Made by a program: the position numbers and the translations under genes. 64,000 nt of DNA from Octopus vulgaris (Eukaryota): NCBI GenBank assembly GCA_951406725.2, contig OX597831.1:74400001-74464000 (forward strand), given 5' to 3'. The first letter of the stretch is position 1. Each line of letters begins with the position of its first letter. The notes under the pieces were generated by a model. That model had not been told where the DNA came from and ran no database searches. It was given only the letters and a program-made list of their open reading frames with translations. Below, in pieces: positions 55,750 through 64,000 of this stretch.

Positions 55750-56095
55750 AGGCCCCACATTGCAAAGATTATATCAGGGAAAAAAATCCCTCATCCACCT
55801 TATTCCTCGGGCCTTGCTCCTTCTGGTCACCATTTGTTTTGAGGCTTACAGAATCATTTAGATGGATTAATACTCAAAAGCCTCAAAAAAGGGTCGAAAC
55901 TCACCTCTCTTCCTTCTTCCCATCAAAACCAAAAATGTTTGTGACCAATGGAATTAAAAAATTAACGAGTAGATGGAAAGAAGTCATCGATAATGGTGGG
56001 AATTATATACAGGATGAAATTTTAATAAAATGTAAAATTAGATCCCTTTTTTCCTTACCCAAAATTCGGACATTACTTATTAGATGACCAGATAT
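55750..56095 (+). mobile_element. Mariner 3' fragment
   Basis: PHPPYSSGLAPSGHHLF*GLQNHLDG and GIKKLTSRWKEVIDNGGNY, followed by a TIR-like end. Confidence 0.82.
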
Positions 56096-56204
56096 TACAG
56101 AAAATAGAGTAAGTTTCAAACACAGAATAGCAATAGGTTGCTTTAATTTCTGTAAAATACCAACTTGATAACACTCAATGCTTACAAGTTTGTTTATAAT
56201 ATAT

Positions 56205-56589
56205 CTCTTTTACTTTTTTACTCTTTTACTTGTTTCAGTCATTTGACTGCGGCCATGCTGGAGCACCGCCTTTAGTCGAGCAAATCAACCCCGGAACTTA
56301 TTCTTTTTGTAAGCCCAGTACTTATTCTATCGGTCTCTTTTGCCGAACCGCTAAGTGACGGGGACGTAAACACACCCGCATCGGTTGTCAGGCAATGCTA
56401 GGGGGACAAACACAGACACACATACATATATATATATACATATATACGACAGGCTTCTTTCAGTTTCCGTCTACCAAATCCACTCAAAAGGCATTGGTCG
56501 GCCCGGGGCTATAGCAGAAGACACTTGCCCAAGATGCCACGCAGTGGGACTGAACCCAGAACCATGTGATTGGTTAGCAAGCTAGTTAC

Positions 56590-56595
<6 letters not shown>
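56205..56595 (-). mobile_element. SINE family A
   Basis: Near-consensus copy. Confidence 0.9.
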
Positions 56596-56640
<45 letters not shown>

Positions 56641-56664
56641 AATATATATATATATATATATATA

Positions 56665-58533
56665 TCATCATCATCATCATCATCATTTAACGTCCGCTTT
56701 CCATGCTAGCATGGGTTGGACGGTTCAACTGGGGTCTGGGGAGCCCGAAAGCTGCACCAGTCCAGTCAGATCTGGCAGTGTTTCTACAGCTGGATGCCCT
56801 TCCTAACGCCAACCACTCCGAGAGTGTAGTGGGTGATTTTATGTGCCACCGACACAGGTGCCAGACGAGGCTGGCAAACGGCCACGCTCGGATGGTGTTT
56901 TTTATGTGCCACCGACACAGGTGCCAGACGAGGCTGGCAGACGGCCACGCTCGGATGGTGTTTTTATGTGCCACCGACACAAGTGCCAGATGAGGCTGGC
57001 AAACGGCCACGATCGGATGGTGTTTGTTACGTGCCCACAGCACGGAGGCCAGTCGATGCGGTACTGGCTACGGCCACGTTCGGATGGTTTTCTTGTGTGC
57101 CACGTGCCACCGGCACTGGTACCACAAAGATACAAATTCCATTGATGTTCATCTATTTTGATTTGTTTTGATTTGATTTGATTTTCACTTGCCTCAACAG
57201 GTCTTCACAAGTGTCACAAGAAGGAAGGTATGCACAGGTGGACTGACTACGTCCCAGGTAGGGGCCACAGGTTATGGCCTGACTAGTCTTGCCGGGTCTT
57301 CGGATGGTGTTTTTATGTGCCACCGACACAGGTGCCAGATGAGGCTGGCGAACGGCCACGATCGGATGGTGTTTGTTACGTGCCCACAGCACGGAGGCCA
57401 GTCGGTGCGGTACTAGCTACGGCCACGTTCGGATGGTTTTCTTGTGTGCCACCGGCACTTTACCACAAAGATACAAATTCCATTGATGTTCATCTATTTT
57501 GATTTGTTTTGATTTGATTTGATTTTCACTTGCCTCAACAGGTCTTCACAAGTGTCACAAGAAGGAAGGTATGCACAGGTGGACTGACTACGTCCCAGGT
57601 AGGGGCCACAGGTTATGGCCTGACTAGTCTTGCCGGGTCTTCGGATGGTGTTTTTATGTGCCACCGACACAGGTGCCAGATGAGGCTGGCGAACGGCCAC
57701 GATCGGATGGTGTTTGTTACGTGCCCACAGCACGGAGGCCAGTCGGTGCGGTACTGGCTACGGCCACGTTCGGATGGTTTTCTTGTGTGCCACCGGCACT
57801 GGTACCACAAAGATACAAATTCCATTGATGTTCATCTATTTTGATTTGTTTTGATTTGATTTGATTTGATTTGTTTTGATTTCATTTTGATTTTATTTTG
57901 ATTTTCACTTGCCTCAACAGGCCTTCACAAGTATCACAAGGAGGAAGGTATGCACAGGTGGACTGACTACGTTCCAGGTAGGGGCCATGGGATATGGCCT
58001 GACTAGTCTTGCCGGGTCTTCGGATGGTGTTTTTATGTGCCACCGACACAGGTGCTAGATGAGGCTGGCGAACGGCCACGATCGGATGGTGTTTGTTATG
58101 TGCCCACAGCACGATGGCCAGTCGATGCGGTACTGACTACGGCCACGTTCGGATGGATTTCTTGTGTGCCACAGGCACTGGTACCACAAAGATACAAATT
58201 CCATTGATGTTCATCTATTTTGATTTGATTTGATTTGATTTTCACTTGCCTCAACAGGTCTTCACAAGTGTCACAAGAAGGAAGGTATGCACAAGTGGAC
58301 TGAGTAGTCTTGCCGGGTGTTCGGAAGGTGTTTTTATGTGCCACCGACACAGGTGCCAGATGAGGCTGGCGAACGGCCATGATCGGATGGTGTTTGTTAC
58401 GTGCCCACAGCACGGAGGCCGGTCGATGCGGAACTGGCTATGGCCACGTTCGGATGGTTTTCTTGTGTGCCACCGGCACTGGTACCACAAAGATACAGAT
58501 TCCATTGATGTTCATCTATTTTGATTTGTTTTG

Positions 58534-58537
<4 letters not shown>
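56665..58537. repeat. Family E element end expanded into a higher-order tandem array
   Basis: ~62-bp monomers at 56841, 56904 and 56966; ~340-380-bp units start near 57180, 57521, 57900 and 58237, each bounded by (GATTT)n. Confidence 0.92.
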
Positions 58538-58577
<40 letters not shown>

Positions 58578-58609
58578 CACATACATACATACATACATAC
58601 ACACACAGA

Positions 58610-58907
58610 GGCGCAATGGCCCAGTGGTTAGGGCCTCGGACTCGCGGTTGTAGGATCGCGGTTTCAATTCCCAGACCGGATGTTGTGAGTGTTTGTTGGG
58701 CGAAAACACCTAAAGCTCCGTGAGGCTCCGGCAGGGGGTGGTGGCGATCCCTGCTGTACTCTTTCGCCACAACTTTCTCTCACTCTTTCTTCTGTTGGCC
58801 TGCTCGCTTAGCCAGCGGGGTGGCATCATTTGAAGGCTAAAACAATGTGAAGCGCATTGTGACCAGCGATGTGTAGCAACATCTGATAGCCTGGTCGGTC
58901 ACGGTGA
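58610..58907 (+). mobile_element. SINE family C
   Basis: GGCGCAATGGCCCAGTGGTTAGGGC tRNA-like head. Confidence 0.88.
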
Positions 58908-58997
58908 TACATACACACACACACATATGATTCATCAAGCTCTTACCCTGATGTCACTAAATCATAGTCTGTGTCGTGTGATACATGTGAAAGTAGT

Positions 58998-59375
58998 GGC
59001 AGGAGTGGCTGTGTGGTAAGTAGCTTGCTTACCAACCACATGGTTCCGGGTTCAGTCCCACTGCGTGGCATCTTGGGCAAGTGTCTTCTGCTATAGCCCC
59101 GGGCCGACCAATGCCTTGTGAGTGGATTTGGTAGACGGAAACTGAAAGAAGCCTGTCATATATATGTATATGTGTGTGTGTGTTTGTGTGTCTGTGTTTG
59201 TCCCCTTAGTATTGCTTGACAACCGATGCTGGTGTGTTTATGTCCCCGTCACTTAGCGGTTTGGCAAAAGAGACCGATAGAATAAGTACTAGGCTTACAA
59301 AAGAATAAGTCCCGGGGTCGAGTTGCTCGATTAAAGGCGGTGCTCCAGCAAATGACTGAAACAAGTAAAAGAGTA
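58998..59375 (+). mobile_element. SINE family A
   Basis: Near-consensus copy. Confidence 0.9.
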
Positions 59376-59384
59376 GCTGTCTGT

Positions 59385-59740
59385 CTCATTCCCAGAAGTC
59401 TCCTTGGTTTGCTCGTTCACTTCAAGAATGGTGGCTGATCAGATGGTTGCCTGATTTCCTCCTTCACATCCTTAAGGACTTTTACGACAGTGTTGCTGCT
59501 ATCCTCTTCAATCACTATCCCCTCTGCTGGATCTGTGTAGGGTACCCTTTCTCATATACACATTTTGTCAGCAATCTTTCAGAGCAGCACCTCATAGCTT
59601 CTTCTTGGAATTAGTGACAGCAACTGTGTCACCGTCATTCCATACAGACTTTACTCACAACACATCCTGGTTCACATTGATTCCCTGTTTTGCTGTCTGG
59701 AACACCTCATACCTCTCATCTTCTGCTTAGATCATTTGCA
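59385..59740 (-). mobile_element. Degenerate RTE-like LINE internal fragment
   Basis: EDERYEVFQTAKQ..NQDVL*VKSVWNDG resembles the endonuclease-RT linker of RTE elements. Confidence 0.5.
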
Positions 59741-59754
59741 TCACACACACATAT

Positions 59755-60136
59755 AGACTATGGAAGCACTCTGTCGGTTACAACGACGAGGGTTCCGGTT
59801 GATCCGATCAACGGAACAGCCTGCTAATGAAATTAACGTGTAGGTGGCTGAGCACTCCACAGACACGTGTACCCTTAACGTAGTTCTCGGGGATATTCAG
59901 CATGACACAGAGTGACAAGGCCAGCCCTTTGAAATACAGGTACAACAGAAACAGGAAGTAAGAGTGAGAGAAAGTTGTGGTGAAAGAGTACAGCAGGGAT
60001 CACCACCCCCTGCCGGAGCCTCGTGGAGCTTTAGGTGTTTTCGCTCAATAAACACTCACAACGCCCGGTCTGGGAATCGAAACCGCGATCCTATGACCGC
60101 GAGTCCGCTGCCCTAACCACTGGGCCATTGCGCCTC
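59755..60136 (-). mobile_element. SINE family C head with family D tail
   Basis: Same head as 58610; tail GGTACACGTGTCTGTGGAGTGCTCAGCC shared with family D. Confidence 0.85.
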
Positions 60137-60304
60137 CACACATATATAGACATGCATACACACACACACAGATACACAAATACATTCACGCACACATGCA
60201 AATACATACATCCATACATACATATAAACCAACTAATGAAAATACAAATAGAGAATTCTACTCCCATTGTAAATATTACAACAATCAAAGATGTGAGGAC
60301 TTAC

Positions 60305-60415
60305 CGATTCCTTGAGAATAGCAAAACGCTTTGGATCTACAGTAAAATTAAGAAACTTCTCCATGATTTTCTTCAACAAAACCGATTGTTTATCGTTGTA
60401 ACCTTGGACATAAAG
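60305..60415 (-). CDS. IDE: IDE exon (111 nt)
   Basis: tttcag|[37 protein letters not shown]|gtaagt; IDE GYNDKQ motif; phase 0/0. Confidence 0.95.
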
Positions 60416-60576
60416 CTGAAAAATAAAGAGGGAGAAAAAGAAATTTGTTTCATAAATACACAAACACTATTTGCATACAAGGAACCTCTTTTATTTTCTA
60501 TGGAATTTCCTCACATGGCTTTGGTTAAACCAGGATTGTAGGAGAAGACTCAATTCAGCAAGAAGTGATAAATTAA

Positions 60577-61660
60577 CCCTTTCGTTACTATATTTCTGAC
60601 CAAATTACACCCCTTATGTGTTTCAATTAATTTCTAACGTAATCATAAATTTAGTCTGGTTTCATTAAACAACTATAACTTTTTTATTTATCGATATATT
60701 AATCTGATTTTTGGAAGATAATTTAATGAAATATTCTCAACCAATTCTATACTATAATATTTGTCACAAAGTGACTAATTGTAGGTAGATACAGGTAAAT
60801 TCCACAAAATATAAAATTATTAAAATTTTGTTCAAACATCGCTATAGAAAATGGGTTATTAGCTAATATTCAATTGGGTATACAACAAAATTTTACGATA
60901 GAATTTGTTATTCTGGGTAACTTTCTGATACCCATAATAATATTTATGGCAAAATAGTCTTAATTTCATTTAAGGTTGTGGGAAATAACAAACTATCGTT
61001 TCTTTCGTTTTGTTTACGTTTATCGTAACAGTTCGTTTTCGCTGTAATGATTTCAAATAGGCTCATTCGAAAAAGTAAATAGAAATAGTCTAAGGCTTTA
61101 CCCTTCTGGGAAAGTCTGTGGCTTGGTCCAGTTTCTTCAGAAAAATCACCGAAAGAAACAGTTTTTATATTTTCACTCCATTCAGGTGCCACTTCGTTTT
61201 CTTTATCGCTATCGGAGATCTCAGATTCACTGTTTTCACTTTCCGAAAATGAAACATCAAATTCATTATCAAATACCACATGCTTTTTTTTTTCAGTCAT
61301 AGAGTTAGATTTATGAAGGTCTTCAGTAGAAAATCCTTCGAATTCTGACTCGCTGCTTGATATAATGAAATTCGTATCCATTTTTTGTCAGAATTACAAA
61401 TTTTGAAAACACAATAGGAACAAATTTCGGAAAAAAATCTCCCAAAATTCATGGAATTAAAATTACACTTCGATTATTGTACAAAACTGTAGTTGAACTG
61501 TTTACGAAGTATAATACGTGTTTTCACAAATGTACTGAAGAGATTTGCTCTGATATTCTCATTTAAATATGAATAGGTAAATTCGGGCGGCTTTGGGCGG
61601 TTTGGTCTCATAAACCAAAATTTTTTTCGGGCGGCTTTGGGCGGTTTGGTAACGAAAGGG
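60577..61660 (-). mobile_element. Internally deleted piggyBac element
   Basis: TTAA TSDs at 60573-60576 and 61661-61664; TIR CCCTTTCGTTAC/GTAACGAAAGGG; subterminal direct repeat TTCGGGCGGCTTTGGGCGGTTTGGT twice; ORF 60944-61381 resembles an acidic PGBD N-terminus (LDYFYLLF...TN.Y). Confidence 0.92.
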
Positions 61661-62607
61661 TTAAAGAACTTAATCCAAAAATGTAGAGTATTCTTCAATA
61701 AATTCTAACTAAACTCAAAAATGCTAATACTCTGAGTTTTGCATCAACAGAAAATTCCATTTTGTCTGCCAGGGACCAAGACTGACAAGTCTTATATCTA
61801 TGAGTACAAAACACCACTGGCAGCATTATGAAAAGATAGTTTTTCTCTCTGACAACAGCAACAACAACATCAATATAGCAGGAAACAAAAGAGAAAAACA
61901 GAAAGAAAAGCAATTATAAGAGCATAATTAAATAATTAACATCAAGGGAGAGAGAGACAGACAGACAGACAGACTCAGAGAGAGGAAGAGAGATACAGAA
62001 TGACAGAAAGGGAAAGAGAGGAAGAAGAGGAAGTGGAGGGAGAAAGAAAGAATGAGACTACAGTGAGAGACAAAGAGAGAAAGTGAAAGTAGAAATTGGG
62101 GGAAGTGGTTGTAAGTGTGGTGGTAATGTGCAAGGGGGGAGGGTATGTAGGGGTATTTCCTATTTATGGTGGAGTCTGTTTATTGTTATCAGTTTGGGAC
62201 AAAGCCTTTTTTGATAACAATAACCAACTGATAACAAAAAGCAAATAGAGAGTTTGGACTCACTTATTCTGATAACACTGATAACCTTACCCATGATTAC
62301 AATAACCAGCTTCCACTGTATTGGTTTCATTGCTTTCAAAGACGAGACAATAGCATCACCATCTTCAATTCCACCACCACCACCACCACCGTTGCTATGA
62401 TCAGGTCAAACAAGGTCATGTATTTTAAGAACAGCTTTAGAACTTAGGGTGACAATGAACTTGATTGACCCGACACTATTTCCCAGCATGCTTTGGTTCC
62501 TCCCCCAGTAACCACCTACACCACCACTCATTCAACATTACTGTATGTGTGTGTGTGTGTGTGTGTATATATGTATGTATATATGTATATATATATATAT
62601 GTATGTA

Positions 62608-62652
<45 letters not shown>

Positions 62653-62661
62653 ATGTATGTA

Positions 62662-62703
<42 letters not shown>

Positions 62704-63322
62704 CAGGAGGCTGAGAGAGAGAGAAAGAAGGAGAAAGAGAAAGACAGAGAGATGACCACTCTCAGAACAATCCTTTTTTCTTGGACAAAATCCAAAAAGG
62801 CATAATCACACATTCCTGATATTGTTGTTTAACACTAGGTCAGCCTTTATCAAGCCAGGCCGATGATGATAAAAGGCATTTCACCCATGGCCATCTTGTC
62901 TTTCTGTTTATTTTTCTCTTGACATAATCTACCTTGGACATTGCCTAATGTGTCCTTCCTTTTAATAAGGCAACTGCATGAGATGAGGGACATCTAGCTG
63001 CTATTTCAGGCAGGTCAATTGAGAACATAGCGTACTCATTGATGCTGTGTTGTTATTATTGGGGTGGTGGTGAGGAAGATGAGGGGAAGGGATAGTGATG
63101 TTGGAGGGGGGTTGGGGTGGGGTTCTTTGACCAAAGCTAAGTTCCAAGTTCTGCTCAGTATTGTTGTTGTTGTTGTTGTTGTTCTTTGTGGATGTTCTGC
63201 AAGATTTCCTTTTCCGCAAACAACAAATTCCCAGCCATTCCGTTTGATTACACATATTTAATGAGTGGTCACTCACCCATCCACCCATTGATCAGTTCTC
63301 TTCTCTCCCTCCAAACAGACAT

Positions 63323-63367
<45 letters not shown>

Positions 63368-63388
63368 AACAGACACACACACACACAC

Positions 63389-63431
<43 letters not shown>

Positions 63432-63857
63432 TACACAAATATATATATAAATAGATACATATACAACCACGCATACACACACACACACACACATATACCT
63501 ACACATGCAAAGATACATACAAACTCATGCACAAATGCTTACACATACACACCCAAAAATACATACACATGTACAGACATATACTCATACATGCATACAT
63601 ATATCCACATATACAAACACACACATTCAGTCTACACATCCATCAAAAGGGTAGCCATTATCACCAATTACCTGGTGCAGCTAATGTTTCCTAAATATGT
63701 CATCCCAAATGTTAGCCACAGGTCAAGTGTAAAAGTACTTTGCATGTCTCACAATTACTGACCACAGATGACCACACACTGCCCAGGCTTGATTTCCCAC
63801 CACACACAACCTTTGCTCCTCTAACATAATTCTCACACATTAAGATGGAATACTCAC

Positions 63858-64000
63858 TCCAAGTCCGTACGATGTGATGTCCAAAGAATAGAAAAGTCCT
63901 GCGATTTCAGCATGGTAGGTGTACTCGTTGAGGGCATCGCGGAAGGCACTCAGAAACAGTACGGTCATATTGGTGTGAACGGGATCGACATTAGCGAGCA
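63858..64000 (-). CDS. IDE: Insulin-degrading enzyme exon (cut by window edge)
   Basis: Minus strand reads LANVDPVHTNMTVLFLSAFRDALNEYTYHAEIAGLFYSLDITSYGLG, matching IDE AYVDPLHCNM...DSLNEYAYAAELAGL. Phase-0 donor GTGAGT at 63857-63852. Confidence 0.93.

Noticed and set aside
56836-58537. CRISPR-like repeat/spacer appearance
   Set aside because: The context is eukaryotic, the spacers recur as higher-order units, and there are no cas genes.
58610-58682. tRNA gene
   Set aside because: The A/B boxes belong to a SINE head that continues into a repeated body; no convincing full cloverleaf is present.

Overview
This is AT-rich, microsatellite-saturated animal genomic DNA. The tRNA-derived SINE families resemble those known from octopus, so a coleoid cephalopod source is likely (inference). 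The one well-supported gene is the 3' half of an insulin-degrading enzyme (IDE, M16A metallopeptidase) on the minus strand. Ten in-phase exons with canonical splice sites run from the right edge of the window (64000) to a stop at 36521, ending in the peroxisomal signal -SKL. The expected penultimate exon (~37845-38028) is recognisable but appears frame-disrupted. The rest is simple repeats and transposon debris: several SINE families, RTE, CR1, Tx1/L1-like and Penelope-like retroelement fragments, mariner, hAT, a TTAA-flanked piggyBac derivative and two non-autonomous Helitrons. Nearly all supplied ORFs are microsatellite artefacts. The most interesting signals are: (1) small palindromic elements carrying minimal hammerhead-ribozyme folds, including a U3-A8 covariant core and an intronic pair where only the IDE-sense copy is broken; (2) a GTGAGT splice donor overlapping the IDE stop codon that could remove the SKL signal; (3) a SINE that repeatedly inserts at GGTA(C/T), including into itself; (4) a SINE head joined to four different tails. 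Everything was read by eye; no searches or folding programs were run.
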